From: Candidatus Nomurabacteria bacterium
Lineage (GTDB): Bacteria; Patescibacteriota; Minisyncoccia; Phycocordibacterales; UBA9973
Reading direction: 5' to 3'
DNA: 64,000 nt
Assembly: GCA_025361085.1 (NCBI GenBank)
Contig: JANYAX010000036.1
Location: 7,208 to 71,207 of the forward strand
The notes under the pieces were generated by a model that worked only from the letters and a program-made list of their open reading frames with translations, searched no databases and was not told the origin of the DNA. Made by a program: the position numbers and the translations under genes. Below are positions 9,668 through 18,805 of the stretch, piece by piece (the first letter of the stretch is position 1; the number at the start of each line of letters is the position of its first letter).

Positions 9668-10579
9668 ATGATTCCAGAATTTCCAAACTTTAAGAAGTTA
9701 GAATTATCTGATAAAGAAGAAATTGAAAAATTTGTATCTAATTTTCCACCTTATTCCGCTTTTAATTTTATTAATTTATTGATCTGGGATATAAAAAATA
9801 CACGTAAAATATCAAAATTAAATGATAACCTGGTAATATTTTTTACTGATTATGAGACAGATGAACCGTTTTTGTCTTTTTTGGGAAATAATAAATGCAA
9901 AGATACTATTTTAAAACTTGTTAGTTTTGCTCAAAAGGAAAAGATATCTACTAAACTTAGATTTATTACAGAAGAAATTATTTCTCAAATAAAATCTGAC
10001 AATTTAAATATTGAGGAAGATCGTGATAATTTTGATTATTTATTTTCTCCGTTTGAATTATCAAATTATACGGGAATTAAATTCAAAAAACATAGACATC
10101 TTGCCAAAAGATTTTTACAGGATTATCCAAATGCTATTTTTAAAATAGAAAATTTAAATAATGAAAAAAATAAAAATGATATTCATTCTGTATTGCGTAA
10201 ATGGGAGAATGGTAAAAAATTAGAAAATAAATTTTGTAATTTAAGTTACGAGGAGAAAGCTATTGATAACCTATTAAAAAATATTAGTGACAAAAAATTG
10301 ATTTTATCATATGTGCTTATAGATAACAAAATGATAGGATTCAGTATTGATGAAATATTACCAAATGAGGTCGTAATATCACACTTTGTTAAAGCCGATA
10401 ACTCTTTTAGGGGAATATATGAATTTTTAAATAAAAAATTAGCCAGTTATTTATTTACTTTAGGCATTAAAACATGGAATTGGCAACAAGATTTAAATAT
10501 TAAAAATTTAAGAGAGACAAAATTGGGATATAGACCTGTTTCTTTTTTAAAGAGATTTAGCGTGTCGTACAAGATTTAA
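9668..10579 (+). CDS. Hypothetical protein, possibly DUF2156-like (MprF C-terminal, GNAT-fold aminoacyl-transferase-like) domain
   Basis: 303 aa; N-terminal PPYSAFNFINLLIWD resembles the DUF2156 signature as recalled; assignment weak. Confidence 0.35.
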   Translation: MIPEFPNFKKLELSDKEEIEKFVSNFPPYSAFNFINLLIWDIKNTRKISKLNDNLVIFFTDYETDEPFLSFLGNNKCKDTILKLVSFAQKEKISTKLRFITEEIISQIKSDNLNIEEDRDNFDYLFSPFELSNYTGIKFKKHRHLAKRFLQDYPNAIFKIENLNNEKNKNDIHSVLRKWENGKKLENKFCNLSYEEKAIDNLLKNISDKKLILSYVLIDNKMIGFSIDEILPNEVVISHFVKADNSFRGIYEFLNKKLASYLFTLGIKTWNWQQDLNIKNLRETKLGYRPVSFLKRFSVSYKI

Positions 10580-10602
10580 GGAATATTGAAAAACAATATT
10601 TT

Positions 10603-10998
10603 ATGATGTATAATAGAAAGTACAATTATATGAAAACCAAACAACATTTTTATAATCATATATTTTTTTACATAATATCTTTTTTCCTTTTAGTGACAAT
10701 ATTTAATTCTTTCTATCGTTTTATTATTAAAAATGATTATATCGTTTATTATGAAGATAAATGTGATCCTTACACGGAGTCATGTTTTATGTCTTGTGAA
10801 GCAGACAGTTGTATTTATTATAAAAAGATACAAAAATATGCTTTAAATGTTTATACTGAATGTGGTAATAATATCACAAATTGTTACCAAGCAAGTGTTT
10901 GTTTAAAAAATGATAAAAATTGTTCTATAACATATTGCAATTTAAATATAGATTCTAATTGTGAATTTATTAATAATAGTCGTATCCAAAATAATTAA
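10603..10998 (+). CDS. Signal-anchored Cys-rich (12 Cys) secreted/surface protein
   Basis: N-terminal TM followed by Cys-rich domain; no family recognised. Confidence 0.35.
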   Translation: MMYNRKYNYMKTKQHFYNHIFFYIISFFLLVTIFNSFYRFIIKNDYIVYYEDKCDPYTESCFMSCEADSCIYYKKIQKYALNVYTECGNNITNCYQASVCLKNDKNCSITYCNLNIDSNCEFINNSRIQNN

Positions 10999-11022
10999 TT
11001 ACTAGCATAAAGAATAAATAAC

Positions 11023-12711
11023 ATGATTTGCTATTCATTTACAGAGCCACTTTATTTAATTTTTTCACCAGATCTTCCAGCATTATTTTATTATTCGCAT
11101 ATAGTTACAGCTATAGTTGCTATTTTTGTTGGTTTTTTTGTTTTAAAAAGTGGTAAAAAACTTTTACTAAATCGATTATTATTCGCCATTTCAATCTGTT
11201 TTTTCTTTTGGGTGGTTTCAAATATTATCTTGTGGACAAATATTCATAGTAATATTATGTTGTTTGTTTGGTCACTTCTTAGAATACTCTCTTCCATGAT
11301 GTCTATTTTGAGTATTTATTTTTTGTATGTTTTTTTAGAAAAAAAAGATATTTCCTTTTTTTTAAAAGGAATTTTTCTCGTTCTTATATTACCAGTTATA
11401 ATACTTGCTCCGACATATATTAATTTGAGCGGATTTAATCTTGCAACTTGTGATGCTTTTATGTTTGAAGGGGGTCTATTCCAATTCTATCGCGTTGCTT
11501 TTGGGATATTAGCGATGTTATGGATTTTAATTTTATTAATAAGAAGATATCACAAAGCAGATGTTAATTTTAAGAAACAAATATTACTTGTGGGTGTGGG
11601 CATTGAATTATTTTTGTTATCTTTTTTTATTGTGACATTTTTAGCAGCTTATTTTACTAAAATCGGATTACTTCCTGATTCTAGATTAGAATATTATGGG
11701 TTATTCGGAATAATTATTTTTGTAATATATTTGAGTATTCTTACTGTTAAATTTGGAGCTTTTAATATTAAATTATTGGCAAGTCAAGCATTAGTTTGGG
11801 GACTTGTGATATTAATTGGGGCACAATTCTTTTTTATAAAAATCACAGCTAATTTTGTCTTGAATGGAATAGCTTTTATTGGGATATTGATTGCTGGTCC
11901 ATTTCTTATAAAATCTGTAAAAAAAGAGGTTAATCAGCGAGAATTATTGGAATCATTGACGTTGAAACTCGAACAGTCAAATTCAAATTTTGCTGAAGCT
12001 AATGAAAAATTGAAAGGGTTGGATAAATTGAAAACAGAATTCGTTTCGCTCGCTTCTCATCAGTTGCGCAGTCCACTTACTGCTATTAAGGGTTACATTT
12101 CTATGTTGATCGAGGGAGATTATGGAGAAATTAATCCTAAAGCAAAAGAAATCGTTGATAGGGTTGCAGAATCAAGTAACAATCTAACACTCGTTGTTGA
12201 AGACCTGCTTAATGTTTCCAAAATTGAATCTGGTGGAATGAAATATGACATGGTTAAATTTGATTTTAGCGAACTTGTAAATAATACGGCAAAAGATTTG
12301 TCTATTACCGCTGAAAAGAAAGGGCTAAAACTTACTCATAAAATCGATATGAGCCATCAATACTTTGTGGATGGTGATAAAGAGAAACTAAGACAAGTTT
12401 TGATCAATTTGATTGACAATTCGATGAAGTATACTGAAAAAGGTAAGATCGAATTAGATTTGGATAATCAAGATGGCAAAATCACTTTGTCTGTCAAAGA
12501 TACAGGGGCAGGGGTTGACCCTGAGGTCGAAGATACAATTTTTGAGAAATTCTCAAGAGGTGAAGGTGCGAAGTTGAACGCTTCTGGGTCTGGACTTGGG
12601 CTTTACTTAGTTAAAGAAATAGTTGAAGCTCACCACGGGCGAGTCTGGGTGGAATCTCTTGGTGTGGGTAAGGGCTCAACATTCTTTGTGGAATTGAACG
12701 AAGTAAAATAA
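11023..12711 (+). CDS. Sensor histidine kinase with multi-TM N-terminal sensor domain
   Basis: 562 aa; 7-8 TM N-terminus, coiled coil, H-box SHQLRSPLTAIKGY, N/G1/G2 boxes (DNSMKY, DTGAGV, GSGLGL). Confidence 0.85.
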   Translation: MICYSFTEPLYLIFSPDLPALFYYSHIVTAIVAIFVGFFVLKSGKKLLLNRLLFAISICFFFWVVSNIILWTNIHSNIMLFVWSLLRILSSMMSILSIYFLYVFLEKKDISFFLKGIFLVLILPVIILAPTYINLSGFNLATCDAFMFEGGLFQFYRVAFGILAMLWILILLIRRYHKADVNFKKQILLVGVGIELFLLSFFIVTFLAAYFTKIGLLPDSRLEYYGLFGIIIFVIYLSILTVKFGAFNIKLLASQALVWGLVILIGAQFFFIKITANFVLNGIAFIGILIAGPFLIKSVKKEVNQRELLESLTLKLEQSNSNFAEANEKLKGLDKLKTEFVSLASHQLRSPLTAIKGYISMLIEGDYGEINPKAKEIVDRVAESSNNLTLVVEDLLNVSKIESGGMKYDMVKFDFSELVNNTAKDLSITAEKKGLKLTHKIDMSHQYFVDGDKEKLRQVLINLIDNSMKYTEKGKIELDLDNQDGKITLSVKDTGAGVDPEVEDTIFEKFSRGEGAKLNASGSGLGLYLVKEIVEAHHGRVWVESLGVGKGSTFFVELNEVK

Positions 12712-12720
12712 TTGTAAATA

Positions 12721-12758
12721 AAAAAGCTGAGCTAGGTCTTGCCTAGCTCAGCTTTTTA
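12721..12758. terminator. Bidirectional terminator hairpin AGCTGAGCTAGG-tcttg-CCTAGCTCAGCT flanked by A5/T5
   Basis: 12-bp perfect stem between convergent HK (+) and cysS (-). Confidence 0.65.
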
Positions 12759-12764
12759 TTTATC

Positions 12765-14120
12765 TTATAGTTTAGATATTTTTGATCCTGACTCTGTGTC
12801 TTTCACTTCGTAACCGAGATTATTTATTTTGTTTCTTATTTCGTCACTTTTTGCCCAATCTTTTTTCTCTCTAGCTTTTTCTCTTTCTTCGGCTAGTTTG
12901 TTTATTTCATCGGGGATTATTTCTTTTTGAATTTTATCTAATCCAAAACCTAAAACTTTATCAAAATTTAAAATTGTTGCGCGTTTATCTTTGATCGATA
13001 TATTTGTATTTTTTAATAATTCCCAGACAAGGGCAAGGGCTTGAGGGCTGTCTAGATTATTATCTAAATACTCAATAAATCGTGCCTTATACTCCATATT
13101 GACGACTCCAACATCCTCTCCAAGGGCTAAAAAGGCTTCTCTGAGACGCATAAGTGCGGTCTGGGCTCCTATTACTGACGTTATTGTAAAGTTCGTCCTC
13201 GTCGAATAATTCGAAGTATATAACCACAATCGAAAAGCAATAGGATCGATACCTTTCTTTATAATATCTTCTAGTGTGTAGAAATTACCAGCAGATTTCG
13301 CCATTTTGATTCCATCTACTAGAAGATGCTCATTGTGCATAAAATATTTTGCAAAATTTTTTCCAGTAGCACATTCAGACTGAGCTATTTCGTTCTCGTG
13401 ATGAGGAAAAATATTATCAACACCGCCAGTATGAATATCGAAGCTTTCGCCAAGATTTTTCATACTCATAGCCGAGCATTCGATATGCCAACCGGGGCGC
13501 CCTTTACCAAGAGCCGTTTCCCAAAATACGTTTCCATCTTCAGGAACCCATGCTTTCCATAATGCGAAATCTTCGGTATTATCTTTTTCGTATTCATCTC
13601 TCTTCATTCTTCCATCTGCGTTTTCTTTTAAATCTGAAAGTTTAAAATGTGAAAGTTTGCCGTATTCTTTGTCTTTATAAATATCAAAATATACAGAACC
13701 ATCTTCTGATTTATAGGCATAACCTTTATCTATCAAAGTTTGTATAATAACAACCATTTCGTTTATATAATCGGTTGCTTTAGTGTAAATATCGGCTGGC
13801 AATATATTCAGTAAATCTCGGTCTTTGAAAAATTCATCTGTGTAAAATTCAGTGAGTTCTTCTAAACTTTTATTTTGAGATTTGACTTCTCGAATGATTT
13901 TATCTTCAACATCAGTTATATTCATGATGTGTTTTACGTTGTATTTTTTATATTGAAGATATCTTTTCAATAAATCAGCAAAAATATACGCACGCCAGTT
14001 TCCGATATGAAGGTGATTGTAAACAGTTGGGCCACAAGTATAAAGACCAACTTCGCCCTCATTAATTGGTTCAAAAATTTCTTTTTCTCGTGATAATGTA
14101 TTAAATATTTGTAAAGACAT
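12765..14120 (-). CDS. cysS: Cysteinyl-tRNA synthetase
   Basis: 451 aa; HIGNWRAY (HIGH), KMAKSAGN (KMSKS), Zn-binding Cys; class I fold. Confidence 0.93.
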   Translation of the reverse strand: MSLQIFNTLSREKEIFEPINEGEVGLYTCGPTVYNHLHIGNWRAYIFADLLKRYLQYKKYNVKHIMNITDVEDKIIREVKSQNKSLEELTEFYTDEFFKDRDLLNILPADIYTKATDYINEMVVIIQTLIDKGYAYKSEDGSVYFDIYKDKEYGKLSHFKLSDLKENADGRMKRDEYEKDNTEDFALWKAWVPEDGNVFWETALGKGRPGWHIECSAMSMKNLGESFDIHTGGVDNIFPHHENEIAQSECATGKNFAKYFMHNEHLLVDGIKMAKSAGNFYTLEDIIKKGIDPIAFRLWLYTSNYSTRTNFTITSVIGAQTALMRLREAFLALGEDVGVVNMEYKARFIEYLDNNLDSPQALALVWELLKNTNISIKDKRATILNFDKVLGFGLDKIQKEIIPDEINKLAEEREKAREKKDWAKSDEIRNKINNLGYEVKDTESGSKISKL

Positions 14121-14652
14121 ATAAAATTATTATGACAATAATAGTAACTACCGCCCAAATCGTCAATGATTTTAATCGCTTATTATTTTTGATAATTTGT
14201 TCTCGAAGATTTTTGATTTTTGCGTCATGAGCGATTATTTGTTTATGAGAATTTACGTATAAACTTTTCAATAAATGAGCGAATAGCAATTTGTTGTCGC
14301 TGATACTTGCGTTGTTTTCATCCATAGTCCCAAGTTCCATTTCTTTCAAAAATGCACTTAAAGCTTGAATCGGTTCATTGTGAATACTGAAAATATATTT
14401 ATCACTTGCGATAAATATCAATTTATTATCAACGTTTTCGCTTTCTGCCACCTGCGGGAAGGAAAGAAATGCATAAATATAATCATTATATAATCTGATA
14501 ACATCGTCGTTCTTATTGGCTGACATCTCTTCTTTTATAATTGAAGGAATATTGTATTCTTCTAAAACGTAAGAAATCTCTGCATCTTTTGGAGCTTCCA
14601 GATCTATCCAAGCCAATTCTTTGTGACTATATTTTGATATCATAATGCCCAT
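14101..14652 (-). CDS. Hypothetical tail-anchored membrane protein (overlaps cysS start by 20 nt)
   Basis: 183 aa soluble domain plus single C-terminal TM; no family recognised. Confidence 0.35.
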   Translation of the reverse strand: MGIMISKYSHKELAWIDLEAPKDAEISYVLEEYNIPSIIKEEMSANKNDDVIRLYNDYIYAFLSFPQVAESENVDNKLIFIASDKYIFSIHNEPIQALSAFLKEMELGTMDENNASISDNKLLFAHLLKSLYVNSHKQIIAHDAKIKNLREQIIKNNKRLKSLTIWAVVTIIVIIILYVFTNI

Positions 14653-14748
14653 TATACCTTTACGCTTGCATTTTCGCCAGCTTTTGTGTATTATAGGTCT
14701 TATCCAGATATATGCAGTATTTCAATGATTTCTGGATATTTTAATATT

Positions 14749-15120
14749 ATGCCTAAAGCAACAACTACAACAAAAAAGACCAAAACAACAATTCCTGAAA
14801 GTAAGGAATTTGCCGTTATATTTACTGGTGGCAAGCAATACAAAGTTGCAGTTGGGGATGTTTTGAAAGTAGAAAAAATAGAAGGGGATTTCAAGATTGG
14901 AGATAAGGTTGTGTTTGATAAAGTCCTTCTTGTAGATGATGGTACAAATACAACAATCGGAACTCCATATATCGCAAATGCAAAAGTAGAATCACTATTT
15001 CAAAAAGTAGGGAAAGGTAAAACAGTTAAAGTGGTCAAATATAAACAAAAGAGCCGATACCTCAAACAAAACGGCCACCGCCAACCATTCCTCGAAGTCA
15101 AAATCTCATCAATCAAATAA
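14749..15120 (+). CDS. rplU: 50S ribosomal protein L21 with Lys/Thr-rich N-terminal extension
   Basis: FAVIFTGGKQYKVAVGDVLKVEKIEG matches the L21 core; start trimmed to Met22 of the track ORF; inverted repeat ATCCAGATAT..ATTTCTGGAT in the leader (14703..14739). Confidence 0.8.
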   Translation: MPKATTTTKKTKTTIPESKEFAVIFTGGKQYKVAVGDVLKVEKIEGDFKIGDKVVFDKVLLVDDGTNTTIGTPYIANAKVESLFQKVGKGKTVKVVKYKQKSRYLKQNGHRQPFLEVKISSIK

Positions 15121-15148
15121 AAAAATCCGTTATAAACGGATTTTTTTA
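15121..15148. terminator. Terminator hairpin ATCCGTTTATAAACGGAT followed by T7
   Basis: Perfect stem plus U-tract directly after rplU. Confidence 0.6.
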
Positions 15149-15760
15149 TGCGCGGTTTTTGAGGGCGTTTTTGATTGTTTCGGAATCGGAGTATTCGAGT
15201 TCGGTGCCGGTTGAAAGCCCACGGCCAAGAGAGACTATTTTGAAACCGTACTTTTCTTCCAGTGGTGACATTTTCTCACGCAAATACATATCGGTGTGTT
15301 CACCTTGAGGGTTTAAAGAAAGAGCGATAATTACTTCTTTCAAACCATCGTGCTTTGCGCGAGTTTCGATAGAATTCAATAACTCTTTTAATCTTAAAAA
15401 TGTTGGGGTATCTTTTGTGACTATTGGTGCAAGCCCTCCGAGAATAAAATACATTCCAGAATAATTTTTACTTCTTTTTATATTTTCATAATCTGCGTCT
15501 TTTTCAATAATCAGAAGGGAAGTTCGGTCAGTTTTTTTATCACTACAAGTCGCACAAAGCTCATCACGTTCATCTTCAAAAAACAAAAAACACGATGGGC
15601 ATTGGTGAATCAGATTTTTGAGCGAAAGCACACTATCGCCGAGTTCTTTTACATAATTTGGATTTTTATGAAGAAGAAAATATACAAAACGCTTCGATTG
15701 ACGTTCGCCAATTCCGGGAAATTCTTTAAAATATTGCGCTAATTTGTCGATTGGACTCAT
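15146..15760 (-). CDS. recR: Recombination protein RecR
   Basis: 204 aa; C4 zinc finger CPSC..CATC, Toprim domain, RecR-typical length. Confidence 0.85.
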   Translation of the reverse strand: MSPIDKLAQYFKEFPGIGERQSKRFVYFLLHKNPNYVKELGDSVLSLKNLIHQCPSCFLFFEDERDELCATCSDKKTDRTSLLIIEKDADYENIKRSKNYSGMYFILGGLAPIVTKDTPTFLRLKELLNSIETRAKHDGLKEVIIALSLNPQGEHTDMYLREKMSPLEEKYGFKIVSLGRGLSTGTELEYSDSETIKNALKNRA

Positions 15761-15879
15761 ATATTATGTCTATGCTTCATCAAAATATTCTTTTTTTCGG
15801 GTCCTCGGACGAGGGGGACGGGAGCCGGTGCCAGACCAGCTCAAAAAAGAACATTTTGATTTCGCTCATTTAATTAACA

Positions 15880-17262
15880 TTAAAACCCTCCTATATCATC
15901 CGACGAAGATGCACCGAAACTTGCTCCAGTTTTATCTATCGACATGAATGTCGTAGATTTCTCATCGAAGTATAGGTCAACTTTACCGACAGGACCATTT
16001 CTGTGTTTTTCAATCAAAATTTCGGCAATGTTTGTTTTCTCACTTTCATCTTTACCTTTATCTTCACGGTGAATAAACATCACGATGTCGGCGTCCTGCT
16101 CGATGGAACCTGAATCACGAAGGTCAGATAGTCTTGGGCGTCCACCACGAGATTCAACCGCACGAGAAAGCTGTGACAAGGCAACGACTGGTACGTCGAA
16201 CTCTTTTGCGAGAGCTTTCAATGATCTAGAAATTTCTGTTACCTGGTTGACCATATTGTCATAATTTTTCGAAGTAGACATAAGTTGTAGGTAATCGACA
16301 ATGATTAAACCAATTCCATGCTCAGCACGAATGCGACGACAAACTGAACGCATGCGAACAATATTGTTTCCAGCTAAATCGTCTACGAAGATTGGTGCTT
16401 TTGAAAGACTATCGAGCGAATCTCTGATTTTAGCGAATTCTCCTTCGGATGAGAGATTGCCAGTACGAAGATTCCAAGCATTTACTTTCGATTGTGCGGC
16501 CAAGAGTCTGTCGACGAGTTGCTGTGTACTCATTTCGAGTGAGAATATTACAGTCGGAGTTCCGTGATTGAGCGCAGCCTGGCGGGCAATATCTAGAGCA
16601 AGAGTAGTTTTACCCATAGAAGGTCGAGCAGCGAGGATGACAAGGTCTGATTTTTGAAGTCCAGATAAATATTGATCGAGATCGTGAAAACCGGTCGGAA
16701 CACCACGAAGTTCACCCTTGTTCTCGTGTAATTTTGCCAGTCTATCCCAAGCTTCGGGCAAACTATCTTTTAATGATTGGAATGCATGACCGCTAGTGCC
16801 TGTATTTATACCCATCATCTTTTTCTCGGCTTGATCGAGAATATCGAAAACATCTTCGACTTCTTCACGAAAACCAAGTTCCGAAATATGATCTCCGGCC
16901 TCGATTATTTTTCTTAAAATATGTTTTTTGTTTACGAGATCACCGTAGTATTTAATATTTGTCGAAGCAGGAACCGAATTCGTCAATTCACTCAAGTAAC
17001 TACTTCCACCGATTTGATCAAGTAAACCTTTTTCTTCGAGCTTGTGTGATACCGAAAGAATATCGATCGGGTCACCCTTACTCGAAAGCTCTATCATTAT
17101 TTTATAGATTTGTGCGTGTTTTGATGCGTAAAAAGAATCACCATTGATAACATCATTAATTTCATGAATAGCACCCGGGCGAAGCATTATAGAGCCCAAA
17201 ATAGCTTTTTCTGCCTCGATGCTTTGCGGTGGAATTCTAAGATTTGTTTTTTTATCTGCCAT
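15880..17262 (-). CDS. dnaB: Replicative DNA helicase DnaB
   Basis: 460 aa; N-terminal DnaB domain, Walker A GARPSMGKT, Walker B IIVDYLQL, arginine finger region; no intein. Confidence 0.93.
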   Translation of the reverse strand: MADKKTNLRIPPQSIEAEKAILGSIMLRPGAIHEINDVINGDSFYASKHAQIYKIMIELSSKGDPIDILSVSHKLEEKGLLDQIGGSSYLSELTNSVPASTNIKYYGDLVNKKHILRKIIEAGDHISELGFREEVEDVFDILDQAEKKMMGINTGTSGHAFQSLKDSLPEAWDRLAKLHENKGELRGVPTGFHDLDQYLSGLQKSDLVILAARPSMGKTTLALDIARQAALNHGTPTVIFSLEMSTQQLVDRLLAAQSKVNAWNLRTGNLSSEGEFAKIRDSLDSLSKAPIFVDDLAGNNIVRMRSVCRRIRAEHGIGLIIVDYLQLMSTSKNYDNMVNQVTEISRSLKALAKEFDVPVVALSQLSRAVESRGGRPRLSDLRDSGSIEQDADIVMFIHREDKGKDESEKTNIAEILIEKHRNGPVGKVDLYFDEKSTTFMSIDKTGASFGASSSDDIGGF

Positions 17263-17367
17263 ATGGTGTCATTGTATCAGCTATAATCGAAGTCTCAAAA
17301 TCGGTATTATGGATAAATGCGGGGATAAAATGTGCAAAACTAATCAATATTTGTTATTATATAGAAT

Positions 17368-18339
17368 ATGGCTAAAAAATTATTATCGGGAATACAACCA
17401 TCTGGGACTATACATATAGGTAACTATTTCGGAGCTATGAAGCAGTTTGTGGATTTGCAAGATAGTTATGATTCATACGTTTTTATCGCCGATTTACATG
17501 CAATCACGACAATACAAAACAGAGAAGAATTATCAAACAATATTCTAAACGTCGCTCTCGATTATTTAGGATGCGGGCTTGATCCCAAAAAAGTTTGTTT
17601 ATTCAAACAGTCCGATTTGATGGAAGTCACAGAACTCGCATGGTATTTTAATTGCATTACAACCATGCCATATCTCGAGAGAGCCACAGCGTATAAAGAT
17701 GCATATCAGAAAGCAAAAGAAGTGAATGTTGGCCTTTTCGATTATCCGATTTTAATGGCAGCAGATATTTTGATCCAAGATGCAGACGTTGTTCCTGTAG
17801 GTGCTGACCAGAAACAACACGTAGAATACGCACGTGACACAGCGCAGAAGTTCAACAATATTTATGGTGAGACATTTAAATTACCAGAGCCACTCATTTT
17901 AAAGAATATGGCAATTATTCCTGGTGTTGACGGCAGAAAGATGAGTAAGAGTTATAAAAATACGATCCCACTTTTCGGCACCGATGAAGAAATTAAAAAA
18001 GCAGTTATGAAAATTGTAACCGATTCAAAGACTCCAGAAGAATCGAAAGACCCAGACACTTGCAATATTTTCGCATTACATAAACTCTTTTTGGATGTAG
18101 AAGAATTAAAATATCTAAGAGAAAGATATGTGAAAGGAGGTTTGAGTTACAAAGAATCAAAAGAAATGTTGCTTGATGAAATATTAAAACTCATAAAGCC
18201 AATGAGAGAACGAAGAGAAATGTATGCTAAAGATATTGACTCAGTAAAAGAGATTCTTGCAAACGGTGCGAAAAAGGCTAAAATTATAGTGGCCGAGAAA
18301 ATGAATATTATTCGCGATAGAGTTGGAGTAAAAATATAA
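17368..18339 (+). CDS. trpS: Tryptophanyl-tRNA synthetase
   Basis: 323 aa; SGIQPSG..HIGNYFGA (HIGH), KMSKS present. Confidence 0.92.
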   Translation: MAKKLLSGIQPSGTIHIGNYFGAMKQFVDLQDSYDSYVFIADLHAITTIQNREELSNNILNVALDYLGCGLDPKKVCLFKQSDLMEVTELAWYFNCITTMPYLERATAYKDAYQKAKEVNVGLFDYPILMAADILIQDADVVPVGADQKQHVEYARDTAQKFNNIYGETFKLPEPLILKNMAIIPGVDGRKMSKSYKNTIPLFGTDEEIKKAVMKIVTDSKTPEESKDPDTCNIFALHKLFLDVEELKYLRERYVKGGLSYKESKEMLLDEILKLIKPMRERREMYAKDIDSVKEILANGAKKAKIIVAEKMNIIRDRVGVKI

Positions 18340-18343
18340 TTTT

Positions 18344-18556
18344 ATGAAATATGTATTTGCTGTAATTGTAGTTACCTTGAATCTCATAAATGTTCCGCTC
18401 AACATGCTTTATATGAAAGTGCAGAAATGGTATTTACCAATGTGGAAGAAAGACAAAATAGTATATTTTGCTTTCGCTCCTTTTTATTGGGTATTGGTGG
18501 TATTAACTTTTATATTTGGATATCCATGTGAACTATTGGCAAAATTCGTACATTAG
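18344..18556 (+). CDS. Small 2-TM membrane protein
   Basis: 70 aa hydrophobic ORF 4 nt after trpS; weak. Confidence 0.3.
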   Translation: MKYVFAVIVVTLNLINVPLNMLYMKVQKWYLPMWKKDKIVYFAFAPFYWVLVVLTFIFGYPCELLAKFVH

Positions 18557-18564
18557 TGGTATTA

Positions 18565-18752
18565 TATAAATAACCGATAATCCAGCTGACACTGGGGAGG
18601 TGAGAGAAGAAAACCATTACAAAATGGCCAGTAGAACTCTCCGTTGACCGCGAAAAGGTAAAAATGAAGTCGAGAAAGTAGGGTGGCACCGCGAACTAAA
18701 AATCGCCCCTGCAAATTTATCAATTAGATAAGTTTGAAGAGGCGATTTTTTG
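18565..18752 (+). promoter_or_regulatory. T-box riboswitch-like leader upstream of aspS (AGAGA box, GAC-containing candidate specifier region, T-box sequence GGGTGGCACCGCG, terminator hairpin plus U-tract)
   Basis: agtaGGGTGGCACCGCGaac matches the conserved T-box consensus; downstream AATCGCC..GGCGATT stem with nested CAAATTTATC/GATAAGTTTG pairing and T6. Confidence 0.55.
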
Positions 18753-18805
18753 TTACGATGATGATATAATTGTTGAACAATTGATAGCAACTTCGACTAA
18801 AATAT

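Noticed and set aside
14101-14652. CorA-like Mg transporter assignment for the 183-aa tail-anchored protein
   Set aside because: Only one C-terminal TM and no GMN motif; the resemblance to the CorA N-domain is too weak, so it is left as hypothetical.
14686-15120. rplU start at 14686
   Set aside because: The N-terminal 21 residues overlap a leader inverted repeat and do not resemble L21; trimmed to the Met at 14749.
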